From: Clostridia bacterium
GTDB lineage: Bacteria > Bacillota > Clostridia > Oscillospirales > CAG-272
Reading direction: 5' to 3'
Assembly: GCA_017397175.1 (NCBI GenBank)
Contig: JAFQKA010000052.1
Coordinates: forward strand, 3,001-67,000
Length of the DNA stretch: 64,000 bases
Part shown: positions 47,908 to 56,199 of the stretch, one piece after another
Layout of the letters: every line of letters begins with the position of its first letter
Position numbering within the stretch: position 1 is the first letter of the stretch
Notes under the pieces: generated by a model
Databases searched by the model: none
Told to the model about the DNA's origin: nothing
Seen by the model: only the letters and a program-made list of their open reading frames with translations
Made by a program: the position numbers and the translations under genes

Positions 47908-47945
47908 AAGGGGCTGCTTCGAAATAAGCAGCCCTCGATTTTTTC
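47908..47945 (+). terminator. Adhesin gene terminator
   Basis: GGGCTGCTT/AAGCAGCCC stem followed by a T-run. Confidence 0.8.
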
Positions 47946-47952
47946 AAAATCG

Positions 47953-47981
47953 GTTGACGAAAAGAACCTTTTGTGGTATTA
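47953..47981 (+). promoter_or_regulatory. Promoter
   Basis: TTGACG-17 nt-TATTAT. Confidence 0.55.
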
Positions 47982-48036
47982 TTTTTGTGGACAGGGGAAG
48001 ATCCCTGTCCGTAATCTCGAAAAAAGAGGTAATCTT

Positions 48037-48894
48037 GTGACAAAATCCAATGTTTTGAAAAACTTTAAGGAATTTTCGGTTATAACCTTTGGCGTTTTGC
48101 TGGCGGCGGCGTCAATATTCTTTTTCATGCTTCCAAGCAACGTGGTTGTGGGAAGCGCGTCGGCTTTGGCCATGGTTATAAGCAATTTTGTGCCGTTGCA
48201 GGTGTCGGTTATCAACCTGATAATAAACGTGGTTCTGCTTATTATCGGATTTATTCTGATAGGCCCCGAATTTGGCGCAAAAACGGTATATGCCGCGATC
48301 ATGCTGCCCGTTTTTATCGGTGTTTTTGAGTTTATTTTCCCGAATTTCAAGTCTCTGACGCAGGATCCCGTGCTTGATACTCTCTGCTACATATTGGTCG
48401 TCAGCATGGCAATGGCTATCCTGTTTTCCTGTAACGCATCGTCGGGCGGACTTGATATAGTGGCAAAGATCATCAACAAATTCTTTCATATAGAGCTTGG
48501 AAAGGCATATTCGCTTTCGGGGATCGCCGTGGCGTTGACCGCTGCGTTCTGCTATGATACAAAGACGGTCGTTCTCTCGGTTTTGGGAACTTATTTTGGC
48601 GGAATCGTGGTAGACCACTTTATTTTCGGTCTGAACATCAAGCGCCGTGTGTGCGTGATATCTCCAAAGCTTGACGAGATCGTGGACTATATTCTTCACG
48701 AGCTTCACAGCGGCGCGACCCTGAACGAAATAACGGGCGCATACGATAATACCACTCGTCGGGAGGTTATTACGATCGTTGATAAAAACGAATACCGCCA
48801 TTTGATGGATTTTGTCAGAAAGACCGATCCAAAGGCGTTTGTGACCGTTTATTCGGTAAGCGAGATAAGGTATCAACCGAAGATCAAGAAATAA
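48037..48894 (+). CDS. YitT-family membrane protein (DUF2179 C-terminal domain)
   Basis: GTG start behind AGAGG is preferred over the 47971 track start. The C-terminus is ..ITIVDKNEYRHLMDFVRKTDPKAFVTVYSV. Confidence 0.8.
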   Translation: MTKSNVLKNFKEFSVITFGVLLAAASIFFFMLPSNVVVGSASALAMVISNFVPLQVSVINLIINVVLLIIGFILIGPEFGAKTVYAAIMLPVFIGVFEFIFPNFKSLTQDPVLDTLCYILVVSMAMAILFSCNASSGGLDIVAKIINKFFHIELGKAYSLSGIAVALTAAFCYDTKTVVLSVLGTYFGGIVVDHFIFGLNIKRRVCVISPKLDEIVDYILHELHSGATLNEITGAYDNTTRREVITIVDKNEYRHLMDFVRKTDPKAFVTVYSVSEIRYQPKIKK

Positions 48895-48907
48895 GGAGGA
48901 CTACCGT

Positions 48908-49288
48908 ATGAAAAGTATAAAGCCGGGACGCGGACCGTCCATGATGAGCGGTATTGTCGGAATATTTATGATAGGATTTGGAGTTGTATGGACAGTTTTG
49001 GCGTCGCAGCTAAGCGGAATCGTTGCTCTGTTCGGCGTTCTTTGGACGGGAATAGCCGTAGTCACAACGGTGTATAATTTCAAAAACGCCACGGGTAAAA
49101 ATAGGTACTCCGAATACGATATTACCGATGCAAACGAGGAGCCGGATCCGCTGAATGAACGATTTGGCGCACCAAGTGCTGCCGAGACACCCAAAGACGA
49201 AGTAGATAACAAGTTCTGTCCGTATTGCGGAACGCCCCTTGAGAAGGATTTTGAATATTGTAATAATTGCGGAAAGAAATTGCCATAA
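48908..49288 (+). CDS. Membrane protein with C-terminal zinc ribbon
   Basis: Two TM segments, then CPYCGTPL..YCNNCGKK. Confidence 0.65.
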   Translation: MKSIKPGRGPSMMSGIVGIFMIGFGVVWTVLASQLSGIVALFGVLWTGIAVVTTVYNFKNATGKNRYSEYDITDANEEPDPLNERFGAPSAAETPKDEVDNKFCPYCGTPLEKDFEYCNNCGKKLP

Positions 49289-49318
49289 AAAAGAGAAGGC
49301 TCAGCCTTCTCTTTTTTT
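49287..49318. terminator. Bidirectional terminator
   Basis: AGAGAAGGC-TCA-GCCTTCTCT flanked by A6 and T6. Confidence 0.85.
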
Positions 49319-49681
49319 GCTGTATTTTTTTGTTTTTGTGGCTTCAAAACTAACGTTTGTAAGAAATTGTACTACGTCATCGGGTGCATCGGGAAGAAGC
49401 ACCGATATCCAATGGAGCTTGTTCATGTGGTAGGCAGGGAAGACCCCGCTGTCATTTCCGAAGGAACCGAACATTTCGGTGGGCAATTTCAGGTTTACCA
49501 CGTCGATGATCTCGTCGCTGTCCAGCCCGAATTTGCGGCGGGATACTCGCATTACGAGCGCATACCAACGACGGTTGCTCTCGTGCCTGAGGACGGCTGT
49601 TTCAAAATCCTCGTCAAAGGGATAGTCGGGCGAGGTGCCGTATGTGTTGAAGCAGTATTCAAGAAAGGATTGTTTTGTCAT
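49301..49681 (-). CDS. MmcQ/YjbR-family protein
   Basis: ATG at 49681 gives 126 aa: MTKQSFLEYCFNTYGTSPDYPFDEDFETAVLRH..RWYALV. The longer track ORF extends into repeat DNA. Confidence 0.7.
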   Translation of the reverse strand: MTKQSFLEYCFNTYGTSPDYPFDEDFETAVLRHESNRRWYALVMRVSRRKFGLDSDEIIDVVNLKLPTEMFGSFGNDSGVFPAYHMNKLHWISVLLPDAPDDVVQFLTNVSFEATKTKKYSKKREG

Positions 49682-49873
49682 TGCGTGGCTCCTTTTGCAA
49701 AAATTAAATCCGCTTTTTCGGGGTGATATGAAAATGTTTTCCCTGTGTGGCTGACTATAAACTGGCAAGCTCGCCGTCGTCCTCACGCCTGAAATGAATC
49801 TTTTTAATGTTTCGTGAGAGGTTAAGACCATGCATTCGGGGATTGGTTGACCCATTCGACTTCTCCAAAGCCC

Positions 49874-49902
49874 GGTAGGGGTCGACGTCCTCGGCGACCC
49901 GC
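49874..49902 (+). repeat. TAGGGG-hairpin element, looser third relative
   Basis: GGTAGGGGTCGACGTCCTCGGCGACCCGC. Confidence 0.35.
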
Positions 49903-49905
49903 AAC

Positions 49906-50135
49906 AGCGCGAAGCGCTTGAGTGGTTCTTCATCGTGGAGTTTTGTGGAAACAGCCGGATTCAGAACCAATATTTGCGCCAATGTGCAGTTAAGATCAAA
50001 GTCCTCACAGCGCAAATTGTTCAAGCGCAAAGCGCTTGAGTGGTTCTTCATCGTGGAGTTTTCAGCAAAAACTAATGGGAGGGTGAACCCTCCCATTAGT
50101 CTTTGGTGGAAACAGCTGGATTCGAACCAGCGACC
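49906..50135. repeat. Tandem duplication of about 118 bp that includes a decayed copy of the tRNA-Val 3' end
   Basis: 49906-49944 and 50024-50062 match at 38 of 39 positions. GTGGAAACAGCCGGATTCAGAACCA (49945-49969) compares with GGTGGAAACAGCTGGATTCGAACCAG (50106-50130). Confidence 0.65.
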
Positions 50136-50180
50136 CCTTGCATGTCAAGCAAGTACTCTAACCATCTGAGCTATGCTTCC
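50104..50180 (-). tRNA. tRNA-Val (anticodon GAC), CCA encoded
   Basis: Reverse complement: GGAAGCATAGCTCAGATGGTTAGAGTACTTGCTTGACATGCAAGGGGTCGCTGGTTCGAATCCAGCTGTTTCCACCA. Confidence 0.92.
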
Positions 50181-50195
50181 GTGCCGTGCCTTGGT

Positions 50196-50224
50196 ATTGT
50201 ATCACAACTTTGGGAAAATGTCAA
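50196..50224 (-). promoter_or_regulatory. tRNA-Val promoter
   Basis: Minus strand: TTGACA-17 nt-TACAAT, 15 nt before the tRNA 5' end. Confidence 0.7.
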
Positions 50225-50355
50225 GCTGTTTTGAGCAAAAACAATGAACACGTCATTTATAATTTGAAACAGAAGCGAAAAACGCGGCAAAATTGCTTTA
50301 TTCTCGTAAAAACTTCCGAGAAAAATGAAAACTCACTTGCAGATGAATAAAACTG

Positions 50356-50384
50356 TTGACAAAATCAAGCAAAAGAGATATAAT
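50356..50384 (+). promoter_or_regulatory. Promoter of the LRR-dockerin gene
   Basis: TTGACA-17 nt-TATAAT. Confidence 0.7.
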
Positions 50385-50565
50385 TTTAAATGCGACACAA
50401 TATAATAACCGTTTTGCAGAAGGTATGTGCTTTTTTTTTGAAAAAGTACATGCTCCTTTTTCGCATACTTTTTGCAAAGTCGGTGAAATTGTGTCGCAGC
50501 AATTGGAGTGATGTATTTTTTGTGCGTAGCTCCAGCTACGCACTTTTTTATTTAGAGGAGAAGAC
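50385..50565 (+). promoter_or_regulatory. Structured 5' leader with an intrinsic terminator just before the RBS
   Basis: An 11-bp long-range pairing (50391-50401 with 50488-50498), an internal hairpin, and GTGCGTAGC-TCCA-GCTACGCAC + T6 (50522-50549). The RBS AGAGGAG follows. Confidence 0.45.
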
Positions 50566-53500
50566 ATGAAAAAATTATCAAAAGCATTATTTATCTTTTT
50601 TTCGATTGGCATTCTCGGCGCATTTCTTGTCATTTCTGCCTTTGCGGAAATTTATACCGGTAGCTGTGGTACGAATGTGAACTACAAGCTTGATACTTCT
50701 ACAGGTTTGCTTGAAATTACCGGCTCAGGTTATATGAGCAATTATTTTGTTAATTCATCAGAAGCACCTTGGTATTTGAAAAACAGCTATGTTAAGACTG
50801 TAAAAATTTCACAAGGTGTAAAGAATATTGGCAGTGAGGCCTTTTGGCGTTGTGAAAATTTGACGAGTATAACAATACCCGATAGTGTAACAAGTATTGG
50901 GGGGTGGGCATTCAATCATTGTGACAGCTTGAAGGATATTACCATTCCAAATAGTGTTACAAGTTTAGGTTCCGAAGCATTTTTTTCCTGTGCCAATCTT
51001 ACAACTGTAACTCTCTCGGCTAATATTACGAGCATTGGTTACAGGACATTTTATAATTGCACAAATTTAAATAGTATAACGCTGCCGGATAATTTGAAGA
51101 GTATTGGAGATCTGTCATTTTATGGTTGCAGCAGTCTTACAAGCGCAGAGATTCCCGACAACGTGACGAGTATTGGTGAGCGGGCGTTCCAAAGTTGCAG
51201 CAGCCTCACAAGCGTAACTATTCCCGATAGCGTGACGAGTATTGGCTCTTGGGCGTTCGGTGATTGTAGCAGTCTCACAAGCGTAGAAATTGGAGACAGT
51301 GTGACAAGTATTGGTGATTATGCGTTCTATGATTGCAGCAGTCTCACAAGCGTAGAAATCGGAGACAGCGTGACGAGCATTGGTAATTATGCGTTCAAAA
51401 ATTGTAACAGTCTCACAAGTGTGGAAATCCCCGACAGCGTAACGAGTATTGGTGAATATGCGTTCTATAATTGCAACAGTCTCACAAGCGTAGAAATCGG
51501 CGACAGCGTGACGAGTATTGGAACGGAGGCGTTCTATGGTTGTAGTTCCTTGACAAGTGTGGTCATACCGAAAAGTGTAACAAGTATTGGTGACTCTGCA
51601 TTTTCGATTTGCAGTAGCCTTTTGTCAATAGAGGTTGATGCAAACAACAAAAGCTATTGTGATGTGGACGGTGTTCTTTTTACTAATGATAAAGCAACTC
51701 TTATTCAATATCCAATAGGTAATAAAGCTACTAATTATGCCATTTTAGATGGCGTGAAGATAATTGAAGACTGTGCATTTTCTCATTGTAATAGCATTAA
51801 AAGCATAGTTATACCTAGAAGTGTAGCGTGTTTTTGTTCTCATGCATTCTCTTATTGTGAGGGACTTGAGAGTATAACTATACCAAGTGGTGCCAGCTCA
51901 AAATACATTTATTCATATGCTTTCAGTAATTGCAGCAATCTGACGAGCGTAACTATTGAATCACAGGCAATTACTATTTATTCGGGTGCATTTGACAATT
52001 GTTCAAGTTTGGAAACAATATACCTTTACTATAACTCTTCAGTCGACAAATATTTTTCTTCTTCGGAATATACGAAAAAATACTTGGATGTTTACTATAT
52101 ATATTACAACTTAAACGGCGGTAGCGGGGATTTTGCAAGACAAAAGAAATCTCATGGTGAAACTGTATATATAAACAGCGATATCCCCACAAAACAATTT
52201 TACAATTTTGCCGGTTGGAAAGGGTCTAACGGAGGCGTATATTCAGCAGGAGAGGCATATTCGGTTAATTCAAATATTACTCTCACAGCAATTTGGGAGC
52301 CTATAAGCGTCAACCTTATATATGATAGTTGTGGAGGTGACATTTCGACATTATCAAAATCGGTTCAGTATGACCGACCTTTTGGTGAGCTTGAAACTCC
52401 TATAAGAGATGGCTATATCTTTGATGGGTGGTTTACTGAAAAGGAAGGCGGAAATACAGTTTCCTCTGAAACCATAGTTGATTTTACCGAGGATAAAACA
52501 ATTTTTGCGCACTGGTCTGTAATTTCTTATTTGATTTATTATGACGCAAACGGCGGTACGATTTCCGATAGTGGAAAGACTGTGACATACGATTGTGCTT
52601 ACGGTAATCTTCCTACACCGATTCTCCCCGGCTTTGTTTTTGATGGCTGGTATACTGATATTAGCGGTGGTGAGCTTATCACAAGTGAAACAATAGTCAA
52701 AACAGCAAAAGATCATACGCTTTATGCTCGTTGGAAAGGTGCGGAATATCTTGTGATATTTGACGCAAACGGCGGCGAGTGCGAAACAGACTCAAAAATC
52801 GTGATTTTCGGCACAGCATTCGGCGAACTTCCTATTCCAACGAGAAAGGGATATACCTTTATTACTTGGAGCAAGACGAAGACTGCAAGCGGTGCGGTAA
52901 ATTTCGAGAGCGTTTATCAGAGTACCTCCGACACAACGCTTTATGCTGTTTGGGAAGTAAATACCTACAAGCTGATTTTTGACGCGCTTGGCGGAAAGAT
53001 AGATATTGACTATAAGACTGTAACTTATGGATCGCCCTATGGTCTTCTTCCGATTTCCTTGTACCCCAACTATATTTTCGGCGGCTGGTTCCTCGAAAAG
53101 GAATATGCAAACAAGATTACCTCCGAAACAATCGTTTCGACGGCAGAGGATCATACCGTATACGCTATGTGGATACCTCTTAACTATACCATTATCTACA
53201 ACGCAAACGGCGGCGAAGGCGCACCCGAACAGCAGACAAAGGAATATGGCACAGACGCTACTCTGAGCGACGTTGAGCCTACAAGAAAGGGCTTCCGCTT
53301 CAAGGGTTGGTCAACAACTGCCGACGGAGTGGTTGTCTACGCACCCAGCGCGGTCTATTCCGAAAATGCAGACCTTACGCTTTATGCGGTTTGGGAAGCT
53401 ATCAACTATGGCGATCCAAGCGGCGACGGTGAGATCAATGCTGTTGACGCAGTCCTTCTGGCGCAGAAGATCGCGGGCTGGGACGTCGAGCTTGACATTT

Positions 53501-53595
53501 CTGCCGCCGACTGCAACGGCGACGGTGAAGTCAACGCCATTGACGCGGTTCTCCTGGCGCAGTTCATTGCCGGCTGGGACGTTGTCTTAGGCTGA
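50566..53595 (+). CDS. Secreted BspA-type leucine-rich-repeat protein with ~7 Listeria-Bacteroides repeats and a C-terminal dockerin
   Basis: Signal peptide, 23-aa LRR units (SLTSV.IPDSVTSIG..AF..C) and G(Y/F).F.GW repeats. The duplicated dockerin is GDGEINAVDAVLLAQ../GDGEVNAIDAVLLAQ (53404-53592). Confidence 0.9.
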   Translation: MKKLSKALFIFFSIGILGAFLVISAFAEIYTGSCGTNVNYKLDTSTGLLEITGSGYMSNYFVNSSEAPWYLKNSYVKTVKISQGVKNIGSEAFWRCENLTSITIPDSVTSIGGWAFNHCDSLKDITIPNSVTSLGSEAFFSCANLTTVTLSANITSIGYRTFYNCTNLNSITLPDNLKSIGDLSFYGCSSLTSAEIPDNVTSIGERAFQSCSSLTSVTIPDSVTSIGSWAFGDCSSLTSVEIGDSVTSIGDYAFYDCSSLTSVEIGDSVTSIGNYAFKNCNSLTSVEIPDSVTSIGEYAFYNCNSLTSVEIGDSVTSIGTEAFYGCSSLTSVVIPKSVTSIGDSAFSICSSLLSIEVDANNKSYCDVDGVLFTNDKATLIQYPIGNKATNYAILDGVKIIEDCAFSHCNSIKSIVIPRSVACFCSHAFSYCEGLESITIPSGASSKYIYSYAFSNCSNLTSVTIESQAITIYSGAFDNCSSLETIYLYYNSSVDKYFSSSEYTKKYLDVYYIYYNLNGGSGDFARQKKSHGETVYINSDIPTKQFYNFAGWKGSNGGVYSAGEAYSVNSNITLTAIWEPISVNLIYDSCGGDISTLSKSVQYDRPFGELETPIRDGYIFDGWFTEKEGGNTVSSETIVDFTEDKTIFAHWSVISYLIYYDANGGTISDSGKTVTYDCAYGNLPTPILPGFVFDGWYTDISGGELITSETIVKTAKDHTLYARWKGAEYLVIFDANGGECETDSKIVIFGTAFGELPIPTRKGYTFITWSKTKTASGAVNFESVYQSTSDTTLYAVWEVNTYKLIFDALGGKIDIDYKTVTYGSPYGLLPISLYPNYIFGGWFLEKEYANKITSETIVSTAEDHTVYAMWIPLNYTIIYNANGGEGAPEQQTKEYGTDATLSDVEPTRKGFRFKGWSTTADGVVVYAPSAVYSENADLTLYAVWEAINYGDPSGDGEINAVDAVLLAQKIAGWDVELDISAADCNGDGEVNAIDAVLLAQFIAGWDVVLG
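51130..51612 (+). repeat. Seven tandem 69-nt (23-codon) near-identical LRR units
   Basis: Units start at 51130, 51199, 51268, 51337, 51406, 51475 and 51544. Confidence 0.85.
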
Positions 53596-53604
53596 TTTAC
53601 AATT

Positions 53605-53645
53605 AAAAATAGGGATTCCCGTTCGGGAATCCCTATTTGATTTTT
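53605..53645. terminator. Bidirectional terminator
   Basis: AATAGGGATTCCC-GTTC-GGGAATCCCTATT. Confidence 0.85.
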
Positions 53646-54333
53646 ATGATCTTTTGAGAAACTCTGTTAGGATCTTTACGGAATTATCTACCGCCACGCC
53701 GATGAACTTGTCGTAGCTCATACCTGCGCTTTCGTCGCCGTTGTCCGAGATCGAACGGAGGATTCCGAAGGGCGTTCCGTTCACAAAGCAGACCTGACCG
53801 ATGGCCGCGCCCTCCATTTCGCAGGCGATTGCCGAAAAGGTCTCTTTTATGTAACCCTTCTTTTCTTTATCCGCAATAAATTGGTCGCCCGAGGCTATGG
53901 TACCGCCAAGGCAGGTCATACCAAGGTCAAGGGCGGTCTTTTTCAGCCCGGAAGAAATTTTCTCGTCTGCCGGGATCTGCACTCTGTTAATGCCCGAGAT
54001 AAGACCCACGGGATCACCGATAGGACTTGTATCCATGTCATGCTGAACCACGTTTTCTGCTATCGCCACGTCGCCCACGCGCAGCTCGCTTGCGAGCGCG
54101 CCCGCAACGCCTGTGTTAATAATGGCGTCGGGAGCGTAGCGCAAAATCATGGTCTGAGCGCACATTGCAGCAAAAACCTTGCCAACGCCGCAAACAGCGA
54201 TGACCACGTCGTGCCCGCAAAGGGTGCCACGGCAGAATTCAATTCCGCCGACTTTTTCTTTTTTTATGTTTTCCGCCATGTCGCAGAGCTTTTCAACCTC
54301 TATTTTCATGGCTCCGATTATTCCGATTTTCAT
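53644..54333 (-). CDS. mtnN: 5'-methylthioadenosine/S-adenosylhomocysteine nucleosidase
   Basis: MKIGIIGAMKIEV.. and ..EMEGAAIGQV. Confidence 0.9.
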   Translation of the reverse strand: MKIGIIGAMKIEVEKLCDMAENIKKEKVGGIEFCRGTLCGHDVVIAVCGVGKVFAAMCAQTMILRYAPDAIINTGVAGALASELRVGDVAIAENVVQHDMDTSPIGDPVGLISGINRVQIPADEKISSGLKKTALDLGMTCLGGTIASGDQFIADKEKKGYIKETFSAIACEMEGAAIGQVCFVNGTPFGILRSISDNGDESAGMSYDKFIGVAVDNSVKILTEFLKRS

Positions 54334-54344
54334 TTTTGCCTCCG

Positions 54345-54809
54345 TTACTCAGTGGGGTATTCAAAACTCGGTTCGCCTGCTGCCTCGAGGATTTCAAGGA
54401 ACGCGCGGCACTCCTTTTTAGCACTCTCAAGATCAAGATTCAGATAATTGCCGCATTCCTTGCGCTCTGCTCCGAACATTTCACCGTCGTGCTCGATTAT
54501 CTGCCGCAGTACCGCTTTTATGGTATTGAAATTCTCCATGTGGTTTGCGCCGCGGACCAGCAAATAGAAGCCCGTCTGACAGCCCATAGGACCAAAATAT
54601 ATGACCTTATCGCCGATGGCCGAGCTGCGGACGTAGGTTGCGAACATATGCTCTGTGCTGTGCATGGTCAGATTATCCATGTAGTCTCCGCAGTTGGGTT
54701 TTCTTGTCCGCAGGTCGTATGTGGTGATATCGCCGTCGATTCGGGAAATGTAGATCCCCGGAACTATAAAATCGTGGTCAACTCGAAAGGATTGTATTTT
54801 TTCTACCAT
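54345..54809 (-). CDS. luxS: S-ribosylhomocysteine lyase
   Basis: ATG at 54809 behind AGGAGAAAAAA. The motifs are HSTEHMFAT (HxxEH) and GCQTGFY. Confidence 0.9.
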   Translation of the reverse strand: MVEKIQSFRVDHDFIVPGIYISRIDGDITTYDLRTRKPNCGDYMDNLTMHSTEHMFATYVRSSAIGDKVIYFGPMGCQTGFYLLVRGANHMENFNTIKAVLRQIIEHDGEMFGAERKECGNYLNLDLESAKKECRAFLEILEAAGEPSFEYPTE

Positions 54810-54884
54810 TTTTTTCTCCTTTTTGGTTTTTGCCGTTATCAAGTCATATTATACCCCGTCGGCGTTTTTTTTTCAAGACTTATT

Positions 54885-54913
54885 TTCACAAAAAAGCGCC
54901 GTCGACATAATAT
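54885..54913 (+). promoter_or_regulatory. Promoter of the sORF
   Basis: TTCACA-17 nt-TAATAT. Confidence 0.45.
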
Positions 54914-54960
54914 GATAGCAGAGGGGAGCAAAATCCCCCGAATTCAACGGAGGTATTACC

Positions 54961-55053
54961 ATGAATTGTCTTTGCAATCTTTTTGATGGCGGCAACAGCT
55001 GCCTCTGGATCATTCTCATTGCCCTCATTATCCTCTTCTGCTGCAACGGCTGA
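54961..55053 (+). CDS. 30-aa Cys-rich hydrophobic peptide (YjcZ-like architecture)
   Basis: Below the 60-aa cutoff of the track. GGAGG lies 7 nt upstream. The product is MNCLCNLFDGGNSCLWIILIALIILFCCNG, followed by a 19-bp perfect hairpin. Confidence 0.5.
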   Translation: MNCLCNLFDGGNSCLWIILIALIILFCCNG

Positions 55054-55064
55054 GATTGAAAAAT

Positions 55065-55103
55065 AAACCGTGGGAGCCTTTTTAAAAAGGCTCCCACGGT
55101 TTT
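55065..55103. terminator. Bidirectional terminator (38-bp palindrome; 19-bp arms)
   Basis: AAACCGTGGGAGCCTTTTT/AAAAAGGCTCCCACGGTTT. Confidence 0.85.
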
Positions 55104-55107
55104 ATAT

Positions 55108-56199
55108 TCAGTTAAGAAGGGAATCGCTTAATTCGTCCATGAAATCGCGGATCTTTTTACGATTCAGGCAATAATAGATTCGGTTTGACTCTCGCTTGAT
55201 CTCAACGAATCCGCATTCCATCAGAAGCGCCATGTGGTGAGACACGGTTGCGGTGCTGATATCCAGCAGGGAGGCTAACTGTTGACCGTATTTGGGCGAT
55301 TCGGAAAGAAGGTGAAGTATTTCAAACTTTCTCTGGTCGCCGATGGTACGGAGGTTTCGGCAGAGCTTGTCTTCAAGAGTAGAGGAGTCGGTGATCTCGC
55401 GCAAAGGCTCGAACAGAACGCCTATGTAGAAGAAATCGTAGACGCGCTCGTCTGTAAAGCTCATAAGATAGCGGGTGGTGTTGCACATGACGATAGACGG
55501 CTGGAGGTAGAGTACATCAACCGATGGGGATACTTCAATGCCGTAGTTATCCTCAACAAATTTCTGCCCGCCCTTCTCGAGCGGTTCGTTTATGGCGGTA
55601 ATGAACCAGCCGATGTAGTGCTTTACAACGTCGTATTTTTCGGCAAAAAGCCGTCCCGCGTCCTCTAAAATGTCAGCCAAAAGCGATTTATATGTCTCAA
55701 ATCCGTTGTAGAGACGGCAAAGCTCGAATTTCTCGTCTGAGGGAATGGGCATACTTTCAATAAAGGAGAAAAGCTCGGAATAATTGGTGATATCACCGTC
55801 ATAATCGTCGGGAGCAAACTCGTTTATAAGCATAGAAGATAAATTTATGAAGAAAACAGGCTTGGAAAGCTCACGCAAACGCTTGATGTCGCCGAGAAAG
55901 TCCGGAGAGGTGCGACGGCACACGTCATGTATTAAATAGAAGGCAAAGCATCCCTTCATTGAGCTGTGGCGCGCGAAAAGGAAGTCAAGAAGCTTTTCAT
56001 CTGCCTCCAGATTGCTCGTTACGTGCTCTGTAAGCTCGATAATTGCGTTGAAGCAGTTGTCGAGCACGTCGGAATCAATCGAGAACTTTTTGCTGATGGC
56101 ATTTTTCAATTCAATGCAAGACTGATCATTACGCGAGTTAAAGAGCAGCATGGCCGCCTCGTGCAGTATGTTGGGTTCTCTTAAAAGCTGTATTTCCAT
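55108..56199 (-). CDS. ArsR-family regulator with an uncharacterised N-terminal domain of about 270 aa
   Basis: The C-terminal wHTH is RKFEILHLLSESPKYGQQLASLLDISTATVSHHMALLMECGFV. Confidence 0.7.
   Translation of the reverse strand: MEIQLLREPNILHEAAMLLFNSRNDQSCIELKNAISKKFSIDSDVLDNCFNAIIELTEHVTSNLEADEKLLDFLFARHSSMKGCFAFYLIHDVCRRTSPDFLGDIKRLRELSKPVFFINLSSMLINEFAPDDYDGDITNYSELFSFIESMPIPSDEKFELCRLYNGFETYKSLLADILEDAGRLFAEKYDVVKHYIGWFITAINEPLEKGGQKFVEDNYGIEVSPSVDVLYLQPSIVMCNTTRYLMSFTDERVYDFFYIGVLFEPLREITDSSTLEDKLCRNLRTIGDQRKFEILHLLSESPKYGQQLASLLDISTATVSHHMALLMECGFVEIKRESNRIYYCLNRKKIRDFMDELSDSLLN

Noticed and set aside
47989-48010. Hairpin GGACAGGG-GAAGAT-CCCTGTCC in the YitT leader, considered as a mini-riboswitch (guanidine-II type).
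   Set aside because: It is a single hairpin and lacks the ACGR loop and the tandem arrangement of mini-ykkC.
49682-50096. The N-terminal extension of ORF 49301-49933 and ORF 49755-50096, taken as proteins.
   Set aside because: The extension is translated from repeat DNA (MKNHSSA.. appears twice because of the 118-bp duplication). The MmcQ/YjbR homology starts at the ATG at 49681.
51130-51612. CRISPR-like regular repeats.
   Set aside because: The 69-nt period is in frame inside a continuous LRR-coding ORF. There are no unique spacers and no cas genes in the window.
54873-55097. 74-aa minus-strand ORF.
   Set aside because: It has no RBS and runs through the bidirectional terminator. The opposite strand holds a complete promoter/RBS/sORF/terminator unit.
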